This document shows, one piece after another, positions 12,801 to 24,544 of a stretch of 64,000 nucleotides of DNA (position 1 is its first letter; each line of letters starts with the position of its first letter). Location of the stretch: assembly GCA_043228905.1 (NCBI GenBank), contig JBHGNT010000005.1, positions 7,564,001 through 7,628,000 of the forward strand, written 5' to 3'. The notes beneath the pieces were generated by a model. That model was not told where the DNA came from and searched no databases. It was given only the letters and a program-made list of their open reading frames with translations. The position numbers and the translations under genes are program-made. The stretch comes from Azolla caroliniana. Lineage: Eukaryota; Plantae; Polypodiophyta.

Positions 12801-13941
12801 GGTCCCATACATTTGTATGCACCAAATCCAACAAGTTTTTTCTTATAAGTCCTTCATGAGGGAAAGATACTCTGTTTTGCTTTCCATATAAACATGATTC
12901 ACATATTTTGCTCATCTCACAGTCTTTCAACTTTGGCAATCCAGCCACGACATTTTTCCTCAACATATTTTTCAAAGTTTGCATACTTATGTGTCCAAAT
13001 CGTTTATGTCACATTTCCACATCTGAGATTACATGCATTCCTCCTACAAACATGGTTGTAATCTTTTTAGGCATATCCACATCTAAAACAAACATTCTTC
13101 CTTGGCGTTTTCCTTTTGCAATCAGCTTTCCATGTTTCTCTATAAAACACCCACGTTGCTTAAACTTTACTTGCATTCCTTGCACTATTATCTGTCCAAC
13201 AGAAATCAGATTTTTTGCAAGGTTTGGAACATGCATAACATTCAGCATATACTTTGTTTTTTCCCTTTCTTCCCACAATGGAATATCTCCAACATGCTCG
13301 ATTGTATGAGTAGTGTTATAACCTTTTTGTACATAACAAGGAATATCTAGTTCTCTTAGACTTTCAAACCAGATTGCATGTCCTGTCATATGATTAGATG
13401 CCCTAGAATCTACATACCACATTTAATCTTCATTGCATTTCTATGAACATTCAACCATTGTTGTTGTTTCATGTTGCATCACAAAAGCACCTTCTTTGTC
13501 ACCATTTTCACTAGTTGAAGCATAGTTATTTTGTTGTCTCTTCCCTCGTTTTTCATCATTTTGCTTTTTATAGCATTCAGCCTATGTATGGCCTGGTTTC
13601 CCACAATACCAACAGTCATCATCACTCAAAATAGTTTGTTTACCTCTGCCTTGATTGCTCCCATTGCCTCTAACGTTGTTTCTTCCACTTATAGCTTGTT
13701 GTCCTCTTCCTTGATAATTATAATTGGTTCTAGTTGAACCAAATCTTCCATGGCCTCTTCCAGCACTATTGTAGAGAGCTTGCCCCTCAGTCTCAGAGTT
13801 TCCTTTGTTTATATTTTCAATCTGATTTCTTTCTTCCAATACAAGCATCGAAACTAGATCTGCAAAACATGGGATACTGTCCCTTGTGAGAATGGACGTT
13901 TTGAAGCTTTTATATTGAGGTCCTAAGCCTCTTAAGCATAC
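9810..13941 (-). mobile_element. Ty1/Copia element (gag knuckle-PR-INT-RT-RH, 3' LTR remnant), decayed, 5' part cut by another Copia
   Basis: CWYCGKPGH, WYVDSRASNHM, integrase FIDDCSRKTW/QNGVVERKNR, RT YVDDL, RNase H KHIEVHYHF; PPT 10084-10097 next to LTR boundary 10083; left boundary approximate. Confidence 0.93.
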
Positions 13942-15902
13942 TATTGAGCGAGCAAGCTCAACCTGATCCGGATCGGTATCTGGAAACAACCGGTTGGATC
14001 GGAAAGCCGGATCCGAGCGGGAACCGGAAGCCTAGTAATGCCTAGACTACTAGGTAATTATTGTCTCGTAGTTAGTGTCAGTCGCACGTAGGAATATTGA
14101 AGTACTTGTCAATACTTCTGTCAGTCCTTTATGGACTTGTATAAATAGTGTTGTTTAGCACGTTGTCTTATTTTGAATCTACGTTTACATACTGATCTCT
14201 TTATCTCTCCCGCGTATAATCTCTGTGTAATAAGCTTCTCCATTAAACCTTCATCTTGTTCTCTGTTGTTATCCAGCTGAGCTGGTTCTATCCAAACACT
14301 TCTGCACATTAACATTGACATGGTATCAAAGCGCGAAGGTTGAGAACCTCTGCAACCGACACTTGCTTTCATAGACGAACCCTAGAACCTAGTAACAACA
14401 AACAACGAGAAGATATGGACATAGGAATGTCAAGTTCACTTCCAACAGAGAAGCTCGACCGGAGCAACTACGTGTCCTGGTCATATAAGATGCACCAATA
14501 CTTGCTAGGGCATGGATATTGGAGCTTCGTGGAAGGAACGAACGCAGTAGCGCCATAGTTGGCACACGAGGACTTCATGGTATGTGAGCAAGGAGCGAGC
14601 CGAGTATTGTACTGCCTCGCGTCTTGTGGGCACGACCAGATGCTTGGCTACATAAAGGATGCAAAAACGCCGAAGGAGGCCTAAGGAAATATGAGGAAGA
14701 TTTTCGTCGCGAGTACCACAGCCCGTAAGTTGTAGCTCCGACAAGAACTGAACAACATTCGGCAAAGAGACATGTCGGTTACAGATTACACCAACAAAAT
14801 AAAGGAGATTTGTGCCACACTCGGGTCCATCAACATGACGGTGGACGAAGACGAGATGCTACAAATCTGCCTCGGTGGTCTAGCGCAAAGGTACGGGCCA
14901 ATCCGGACAGCAATCTGCACCTGGGAGAAGCCACCAACTTTTTTCAACTTGTAATCGATGCTAATGATCGAAGAAAACCATGCGAGTGGGTCGAGGACCA
15001 CTCAATCGGATGACCGGATGCTGTACACGGAGACAAATCGGCCCCACAAACGTGGTGGACAAGGTGGGTCGACACACAATGGAGGCGGCCGACAATAGTA
15101 GAACCAAAGGCACAAAGATGGTGCCGACAGCAGTTCTGAACCCTCCACAAGCAAGGGGAGACAAAGCGGCGCCGGAAGCCGGCAAGGAAAAGCCGACATG
15201 GAATGCTGGTACTGTGGCAAAAGGGGCCACAAGGAAAGAGAGTGATGGAAGAAGCGTGCCAATTCAAAAAAATCCGGATCCGGGAAAATTGGTCAAGAAA
15301 ACCGGCAAAGCGTGCATTACGCAGAAGGATCAGAACCATTCGGAACCGGGAAGACTGGTAAAGGGCCAGCCTTCGTGATGAGACACAAGGCAAACCCGAT
15401 GAAGAAGATCTCTTCCAAATCGAAGGAAGTATGGTACGTTGATTCAGGTGCGTCGAACCACATGACGAGCCACGAAGAGTGGTTCTCCTTTCTAGAGAAA
15501 CCAAATCAACCGGGAGTTGTCGAAACCGGAGACGACACTCCTCACCCGATTGTGCATGTTGGAGAAGTCGCTTTGAGCCATGTCAGATAGAAGGGAAAGC
15601 TGATGAACGTATTACATGTTCCAACAATCACAAAGAACCTAGTGTCGGTCGAACAAATCGTCGACCAGGGGATGCAGGTGCGGTTTACGCACCTCGGGTG
15701 CTTCATAGAGGAAGAAGGCCAGATAATCACGCAAGGGCACAGAGAAGGGAGGATGTTCATCCTCAACACCAATGACGTCGACACCACCATGTTTGTCAAA
15801 GGACAGAAGATTGAATCGGACATCAACCTCTGGCATAAGCGGATCGGCCACGTCAACTACCAGAGCCTTCAAGACTTGCAATCAAAACAAGTTGTTTTCG
15901 GA
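13942..15902 (+). mobile_element. Ty1/Copia 5' portion (LTR 13942-14320, PBS, gag, protease, GAG-pre-integrase)
   Basis: LTR ends ttgaca then PBS tggtatcaaagc 14321-14332 (iMet type); LDRSNYVSWSYKM, CWYCGKRGH, WYVDSGASNHM, LWHKRIGH. Confidence 0.92.
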
Positions 15903-16186
15903 ATACCGCAACATATTTGGTGAACCCGATGTGAAGGGCGGCAAGGGAGGATGGAGTTGGAAGAAGACGACTTCGCGCAACTTTTTGTCGAAGCGGTGAG
16001 GGAGTTTGGACGAGGAACAACAAGAAGGGAGACGGCGCTGCAAGCTATTGAGCGAGTGGTCGAAAGAGTCGGTCGTTTCAACGGGGACAAAGTCTCATTC
16101 TACTTGGAAGCCTACAACGCGAAAATGGAGGAGCGAGACGTAGACGAGGCGTTGAGGCTGGAGTTCTTCTCTCGGGTCATCGCCAT
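15903..16186 (+). mobile_element. Gypsy-type fragment: LTR tip, tRNA-Trp PBS, gag start
   Basis: gcaaca + tatt + tggtgaacccgatgtgaa (15918-15935); gag-like MELEEDDF...RFNGDKVSFYLEAY. Confidence 0.75.
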
Positions 16187-19100
16187 CCAACCGTACCATT
16201 GTACTAACTTATCCTTAGTGTTTTAAATATAGATTTAATACCCATAAGACCTTTATTTACGCCTACCTTTATTAAAAAGGTAAGTCATGCATTTTAAGAG
16301 TGCGTGAATACTTTATTTATAAGAAAAATGTAAACCAATAAAATATTACTCGTGCACATCTAACGAGCATGAGCACTATATTTAGGAAATAAAAGCATAG
16401 TGTAAAAAGCAACTCATGCACATTTAGTGTGCATGAACACTTTAGAAAAAGCATAGAGTCTATCTCTAGAAAAAGCATGGATTATTAAGACTCTCTCATC
16501 ACTATATAAGGATGAGGAGCACAATGTAATAGGTGTGTGAAATATTTGGAAATTGGATATATTTCTAAAAGACACCAATTAATATATGCGTGGGATTCAT
16601 GAAATAATCTATACTTGTGGGATTCACAAGTTCTTTTTAATCTCTTTCTTTCAATCTAAATACGTATTCTTATCTAAATATTGATTAATCGAATACAATA
16701 CACTCGTGGGATTCACGAGATTTCTATCTCTCTTTCTAATAATCCATTCATAATTAGACTTGTCTCAAATTCTTCCTCCTCCTAGTCCAAAACCCCATCG
16801 GTTTCCACCTGACTCACGAAAATGATCTGGCGCCGAAAGGCACGACACAAGTGGTGAACCCAACGTGAAGGCAGGTGGCAAGGAGATGGAGAATCAACAA
16901 GAGGCGATGAGCATAATGATGATGATGGTTGAGCGGATGCAACAAGAGCAACGTGTGATGTCAGAATTGAAGTTGGCAGTAGAGCGGCTTGTGCAACGAA
17001 ACAGGCAATTCAACGAAAATGATGTTTCACACTATCTACGTGACTACAAGGTGGAGATGATGCGATGTGGAATACCAGAAGGATTGCAAATGATTTCCTT
17101 CAATCGGGTGGCCACGGATGAGTTACAAGAGAGAATCCACAAGAAACGACAACAAAACCCGACATGGGGGTCCTTTGAAGAAGCTTTAGGAGAGGCATAT
17201 GACTACAAGAGATCGAAGGGATGAGATCAATGTGAGTTCAACGAATGGGTGGCATCGGAGAAGACCCACCGAAGTGCAACACAAGCATTCCTAGAGTTCG
17301 AGCATCGTTTTGCTCGACTCTCAGAGCGGGAACAAAGATTGTTGGGGGAGAATAAAGTCCTAATGTTCGTAAGATCGATCGATCAAAAAGAAAGGATGGA
17401 CATCGGGATCCAACTCGAAGATGATGACGGTGCAAATGGCCTTACTGAGGATTGGGCCGACGTCGAAAGGGTATGCCAGAGACATGATGAGAGTAAGAAG
17501 AGAATCTTGTTGGCAACAACATGACCTATAAGGGATGATCGATTAAGGATGAACGATGTGGCTAATACGAAGGTCGAAGTACAATTCGACGGTACCACGG
17601 GAGAGGGTGTGGAACAAGGCATTCTCTTGTCTTGTGAAAGAACGACGGCCAAGGATAAGGTCGATGACTTGAGAGTGGCGAACACAACTTCAAGAATGGA
17701 AGAAGGTTTCGGAATACAAGTATCTGACACATCGGGTGAAAAAGGGGTAAGCATAATCGATGCTTGCATGATCGAGGGAGATAAAGAGTGCGAGGCGGAC
17801 TTGATTGAGGAGGTCGCCACGAAAGATAACATCGAATCGGAGGTGGCTATGGACGAATCAATGGTGGATGGTTGTATGAAGACTTTCCCATCACTAGTTT
17901 TAGAGACTTCAGCGGTTGCATTCGAAAGGCAACGTGAGACCGAAGAGACGGAAGGTGGCGGAGAGAAAACAAAGGCCGAAGCTGATGCATACAACGAAGA
18001 GATAGCCAAGAAGGTGGATATGCGTGAAACGACGGAGAATGATAATACCGAGGATTCCTACCCACTAATCCTAGAGACTTCGGCGGTTGTGTCCAAGAAG
18101 CAACATGAGACCGGAGAGACGGGAGGTGGCGGCAAGAAAGGTAAAGTCGGAAAGCCAGTTCAGATGGAAGATGATCCAGATGGAATTCCGATCCGAAAGG
18201 GGGTCGACTCGATCAAAACCGATCGACCGAGTCCGATTCGGCCAAACGCGAATACGGATGGAAGCCGACCTAGCCGAAAGCCGATCGGACAAGATCGATC
18301 CGGAAAGAAGCTAATCTGACTTAGTCGGAGGTTGAACCGGTCGAGGCCGGTGAAAACGAGGAAAAGAAAGCCAACCGACCCGGAAGGGGACTGAATCGGT
18401 AAAAACCGATCAACCGAGTCCGAATCCGCCGAATATGAATCCGATCGGAAGCCAATCCAATCGAACACCGATTAGACAAGACCGATCCAAAAAGAAGCTA
18501 ATTCGACTCAACCGAAGATCAAAGCAATCGAGGCCGGTGAACACGAGGAAGATGCCAAACATGCACACTACCACAGACGACAAGGGCCAAGCATATTTGA
18601 ACGGTATTATTAACGATGAGATCTTAACAAAGACGGTGAGCTCTAACATGAAGATTATCAACTCTAACGCGAGATTATACGACAAAGGTGAACAAAGTGG
18701 GAAGCATGGCACATGCACAAGACAAGAAGGGTTATGCTCAAGAGGATCAGAAGGAGCCATGACAATCGACCATGGCAATGCAAAGCGAGAACAAAGAATA
18801 TGGTGGATTGGATGGCGACAATGGTTTGGGTGGAAAGAATGGATGTGCTCAAAATGGAGAGACAAAGTCGACATAGCAAGAGAAACGGAGGGGATTGTGA
18901 GTAAAAGAGAAATACGAGAGCCGGCAACCGGTAACTGGGCGGAGCAAGCAACTGAAAACCAGAAATCAAGCGGAGCCGACAACCAAGCACGACCATCGAC
19001 GAAACCAACCGGGCGGAGTCCGAACAGATGAGACTAACAATCACCGACAGCTTCAGCACATACCAGAGGATGTGCGGGTTCGGAGGGGGCGAGTGTCATA

Positions 19101-19910
19101 GTGTGAATCACACATTACGTGAAATCTGTAAAATACAATATCCGATTTAAAGTATGTATAATAAATAAAATAAAATATTAAAAAAATATTTATTATGTGC
19201 ATAGGGCAAGATTCAAACCCTATACCTCCACATAGAGAAACCCCAACCGTACCATTGCACTAACTTATCCTTAGTGTTCTAAATATAGATTTAATACCTA
19301 TAAGACCTTTATTTACGCCTACCTTTATTAAAAAGGTAAGTCATGCATTTTTAGAGTGTGTGAATACTTTATTTATAAGAAAAATGTAAACCAATAAAAT
19401 ATTACTCGTGCACATCTAACGAGCATGAGCACTATATTTAGGAAATAAAAGCATAGTGTAAAAAGCAACTCATGCACATTTAGTGTGCATGAACACTTTA
19501 GAAAAAGCATAGAGTCTATCTATAGAAAAAGCATGGATTGTTAAGACTCTCTCATCACTATATAAGGATGAGGAGCACAATGTAATAGGTGTGTGAAATA
19601 TTTGGAAATTGGATATATTTCTAAAAGACACCAATTAATATATGCGTGGGATTCACGAAATAATCTATACTTGTGGGTTGTGGGATTCACAAGTTTTTTT
19701 TAATCTCTTTCTTTCAATCTAAATACATATTCTTATTTAAATATTGATTAATTGAATACAATACACTCGTGGGATTCACAAGATTTCTATCTCTCTTTCT
19801 AATAATCCATTCATAACTAGACTTGTCTCAAATTCTTCCTCCTCCTAGTCCAAAACCTCAGCAGTTTCCACCAGACTCATGGAAACGATATGGTGCCGAA
19901 AGGCACGACA
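16187..19910 (+). mobile_element. Gag-only LTR element, copy 1 (truncated 5' LTR 16187-16847, PBS 16852-16869, disrupted ORF, 3' LTR 19094-19910)
   Basis: The two LTRs are near-identical where they overlap; PBS tggtgaacccaacgtgaa; PPT ggagggggcgag; ORF homologous to 24545-26386 but with stops. Confidence 0.92.
19199..19265 (-). promoter_or_regulatory. tRNA-like Pol III cassette in LTR
   Basis: Minus strand: A box tagtgcaatgg, B box ggtttgaatct, T7 run ~15 nt downstream. Confidence 0.55.
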
Positions 19911-21110
19911 CCGATGGCTACGGACAAGGGCGTAAACCAGTCGGGCGATTCTTCGCGTCTTCCCACACTTGCTCCCGAGACGATGGCAGTCGGGCCCGAG
20001 TGCCCACGTGATTCCCAAAAGGAGGAAGGCAGCGGCGTGAGATGGAGAATCGTTGGTGAGACGATACGGGGAAGGAACAGACAAGAGCCCTCGGAACCGA
20101 TTCCGGAGAACTCGGCATTCAGGCCCTTACGCCCACGTGAGACCAAGGAGATGGATGACGGTATCGAGGAGTCCTGGCATGATGCCAGCGAAGAGGGATG
20201 GGAAATGGCCCCGGAGAAGGTCGACGAAGGGACCAAGAATCGACCCGACCGAGAACCGAACCTCGCGGCACTCCGACTCGGTTGGAACGCGATCCGGTCG
20301 TGGTTTGATCGACCGGGGCCAGAATCGGCATGAGGGTGCCGATATGGAAGAGGGTGCGGAACAAGCCGCCCTCTTTTACATGGGAAGAAAGACCAACCGG
20401 GCAAAGGTCGGTAATCGGGAAAAGGGAAATGATCGAGGGTGCGGAACGAGTCCGACAGGATCGGCATCGGAGCCGAAACTCCGGACATTGGAGAATCAAG
20501 CCCAAGCGGGGCTTGATCGATCATAGAGCGGGTGCTTTCCACCGACACCACTAACAGGGTCAGTGGTCGGGACTAGTCGTCGGGAGTCGTTACGAAATCG
20601 GTGTCCTCACATCTTGATCGGAGACTTCGGTAGTTCGGCCGGCGTGGCAACGTGAGACCGAAAGAGATGGAAGATGGAGGCGGTAACACAGCAAGGAGAC
20701 AGACGACGAGTTCGGGAGAAGTACAGGGGATGAAGGCAAAGGACAACGGAGGGGCGGGGTATGGAGATCCTCACACCGATATGGCGGTCGGCCCGAGTGC
20801 CGGCGTGAGTCTTATAGGAGAGATCGGTGGCAACAGGTGAACGTGACTAGCCGAAGAGGCCGGAACACGGTACGTCAGTACCACGGGAGAGGGTGTGGAG
20901 CGAGCCACCCTCTCGACTTGAGAAAGAAGGAAGACCCGGGATAAGGGTCAGAGATACAACGAGCCCAAGGAGGATCCTTCACACCGGTTCTAGACACTCC
21001 GGCGGTCGACCGAGAACCGGCGTGAGACCTAGAGTGACGAACGGTAGCGGCGAGGGGACGAAGGCAAAGGATAGTGGAGGGACGGTCTATGGAGATCCTC
21101 ACACCGATCT
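19911..21110 (+). mobile_element. GC-rich internal region of a related LTR element (probably the continuation of 15903-16186)
   Basis: gtaccacgggagagggtgtgga (20878) is shared with the interior of copy 1 (17592); internal repeat ending ggagatcctcacaccgat at ~20781 and ~21108. Confidence 0.55.
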
Positions 21111-23922
21111 GGCCAATTTGTCACAGTTTTCAAGGGCCAATTTCTGCAATCTCCCTCTCGAACCGAGGCAGCACAAGCTTTAATGAACCTCTCTAGTAGG
21201 AAGTTTTCCTCATTAGAAAACTATGTTCGCCATGTTAGAACCCAAATCCAAAAGTCGGGTCTAGAAGGGAACAATTGGTTAATAGCTTGTTTTGTCAATG
21301 GCATCCCCAATTCGGACTATCACTGGATAGTGCACGATAAGGATCCAAAATCCTTCGAAGAGGCCATTGAAATAGTTCTTCGCTATCAACGCACTTCGAA
21401 GGACCACAACAAACCCAATGAAGCACCCAGGACTAAGCAGTCGCAATTCACTAGGAAACGCAAGACACCCAACGAATTCATGGATCACGTTTGTAAGCGA
21501 CAACATCCTTTTTGCGTATTCTGCAAAAAGAAGGAGAGCAATGTCGAAAGCTCCAACGGAAAGAGCACGACAACAAAGCTAAAGTTGTTGACCATAAAGG
21601 TCAGATTCCTAATGTCCTTCAAGTCTATACACATCATTTAAGTAATTGTCAATGTTCTTTCCCTCACTATGTATTGGGTCCCAATGATTTATCACGTGCA
21701 AACGGGTATATCAATGGATCTCCCGTACAATTTTTGTTTGATTCGGGAAGCTCACACAACTTTGTGAATGATCATTTGGTTCAGATATGAGGAATCCAAC
21801 CTACCGTAAGTGATCATACCTATACAATGCACTTGGCTGATGGAAGAGTACAATACATCAACAGGGAGATTCATTCATTAGGAATTTCTATTGATACTTA
21901 TATAGAGGAAGTAGACTTCCATGTAATGAATCTTTGTGCCATTGATGTAATATTGGGTTATCCCTAGTTTTATAATAAAAACTCTTCTTTATCTATTGAT
22001 TGGGTTCATCATTCAATTACATTTGTATTGAACGATTGTACTCATTTTATTCAATGTGTAAAAAAACAATCAATCTCGATTGTTTCCTCTCCATCAATAT
22101 CCGAGTGGTCTTGTTCTACTCTATTTTATCATGTTCTTGATCCAGACATTCACGTTTACAATATCGATAATGTCTCGGTTCAATTAATATTTTTTGAACA
22201 ACAACAACTTGATGAAATCTTAAATGATTTTCGTGATGTTTTTCCGAGTGACATTACAGAACATGATAAACATGTCCGCTTTGTTTTACAAACATTGCGT
22301 GACAAACAGTTTTATGCGAAAATCTCAAAATGTGAGTTCTTCAAGAAATCAATTACTTATCTTGGACATCTCATAACTGAACGAGGAGTTGAAGTTGATC
22401 CTTCTCACATCAAGAAAATCAAGCTTTAGCCCACTCTTCGGAACATTAGAGAAGTTCGATCATTCCTTGGTTTTGTCGGGTTTTTGCGAAAATCCCTTCG
22501 TAATTACTCCCAATTGATGACGTCATTTACTGATCTTCTAAAAGGTCAAACGCGTAAGTCTACAAAACATATTGTCTAGAATGCTACACTAGACCTCACC
22601 TTTAAGGAACTCAAGGACCTGGTGTGCAAGGCTCCTTCACTTCTTTTACCCGATCCTTCAAAACTTTTGAGGTTGAAACCGATGCAAGCAATTATGCTAT
22701 AGGTGTTGTCTTATATCAAGATGGTAAACCAATAGCATTCGAGAGTAAGAAACGTGATTCTGCTCAATGTCGGTATACCGTTCAAGAAAAGAAATTATTT
22801 GCAGTTATACATGCGCGCAAGACATGGCGCCATTATCTTTATGGAAATCTCTTTGTGGTAACTACAAACCACGAGTCCTTGAAATATTTTTGTGACCAAC
22901 AAGACCTTAAAGGTCGTAAGGCATGATGGGCTGATCTCACCCAGGACTTTGATTTTTCCATGCGATATCGTAAAGGTTCCATGAACATTGTCGTTGATGC
23001 ACTAAGTCACATCTGTGAAGTTAACATGCTTAGCTTCATTGAAATATCATCAGATCTTTATGATCACCTTCAAGGAAAGTATCTTGATGACATTTATTTT
23101 GCAAAATATTGGGCAAGAGTTGAGTCTGGAATAGACACCACCACATCCTCGAAGGAATACTTCCACATTGCTAACAATCTGCTCTACTGTAATGGGAAGG
23201 TTTGTGTTCCAGATTTACCCGAGGTCAAAAAGAGGATTCTTTTTTAATGCCATGATACACCCTCAACAGGGCACCCTGGAATACATCGCACACTCGTTCT
23301 CATCTCCACTCAATTCTATTGGCCTAAGATGCGTCCTGACATACATAGCTATGTGCCTAAATGTCACCAATGTCAGTTTAACAAAGTCGAGTGACTTAAA
23401 GCTGCAGAACTTTTACATCCCTTGGACATTCCCAATAATAAGTGGGAAAGTATATCCATGGATTTTATTGTTAGCCTTCCTCGCACCCAAAAGGGCCATG
23501 ATGCCATATGGGTTATGGTTGATAAACTAACTAAAATGGCCAGATTTATTGCTACTAAAACCATGGTAACATCTCCTAAATTGGCTTACCAATTCGTTGA
23601 CAAGTTATTTCATTTTGATGGGTTACTGATGGATATCGTGAGTGATCGAGATCCAAAGTTTACTTGTGATTTCATGACGCAAGTCTTCAAGAAGTTAGAA
23701 ACTACATTGAGCATGAGCTCCACGGATCATCCTCAATCCAATGGACAAACAAAACGAGTAAATCAAATTATTGAGGACATGCTTCGAGCATATGTTGGTA
23801 CAAAACCAACAAAATGGGAACGTTGTCGTAGTGTCTTTTGTACACTACGTGAAAAACGTATATAGTATTAGATTCAATAAAAAATGAAGAAATAGAAGAA
23901 AATAGCAAAATAAATGGAACAT

Positions 23923-23989
23923 GCATAGGGCAAGATTCGAACCTTGCACCTCCATGTTAATAATGTAATGTCTTACCATTACACTAGCA
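23923..23989 (-). promoter_or_regulatory. tRNA-like Pol III cassette in 5' LTR
   Basis: Minus strand: tagtgtaatgg ... ggttcgaatct, T-runs downstream. Confidence 0.7.
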
Positions 23990-24510
23990 TTTCATTAGTG
24001 TTAAAGCATAGATGTCCCACATAGAAAGGTAAATTCACGCTAGGATAAACATTAGAAAAACGCATAACAAAAGAAAAAGCTATACATACACATCTAGCGT
24101 GCATGATAAAAAACGCACAAGTTAGAAAAAAGCATGATCACTTTAGATAAAGCATATAGTCTATCTATAGGAAAAGCATGGGGTCTATAGTTAGAGAAAA
24201 AGCATAGATTACTAAGACTTCCTCATCACTACATAAGGATGGGGAGCACAATGTAATTGTGTGAAAAATATTTGGGAAATTGGATATATTTCCTAAAACA
24301 CCAATTAATAAAATATACTCGTGGGATTCACGAAGTTTAAGATAATCTATCTCTTTCAATCTAAATTCATATTCTTACATAAATATTGATTAATGTAATA
24401 CTTGTGGGATTCACAAGATTAGCCTCAAATTCTTCCTCCTCCTAGTCCAAAACCCCGGTGGTTCCCACCCGACTCACGCAACGATCCGGAGCCGAAAGGC
24501 ACGACACAGT

Positions 24511-24528
24511 TGGTGAACCCGACGTGAA
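24511..24528 (+). other. Primer-binding site complementary to the tRNA-Trp 3' end
   Basis: tggtgaacccgacgtgaa is the reverse complement of ...TTCACGTCGGGTTCACCA (plant cytosolic tRNA-Trp 3' end, recalled); 4 nt after LTR CA. Confidence 0.85.
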
Positions 24529-24544
24529 GGCGGGTGGCAAGGAG

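Noticed and set aside
17383-19059. Antisense ORFs in the gag-only element (also 24925-26160)
   Set aside because: Shadow frames of the purine-rich sense ORF; no recognisable motifs
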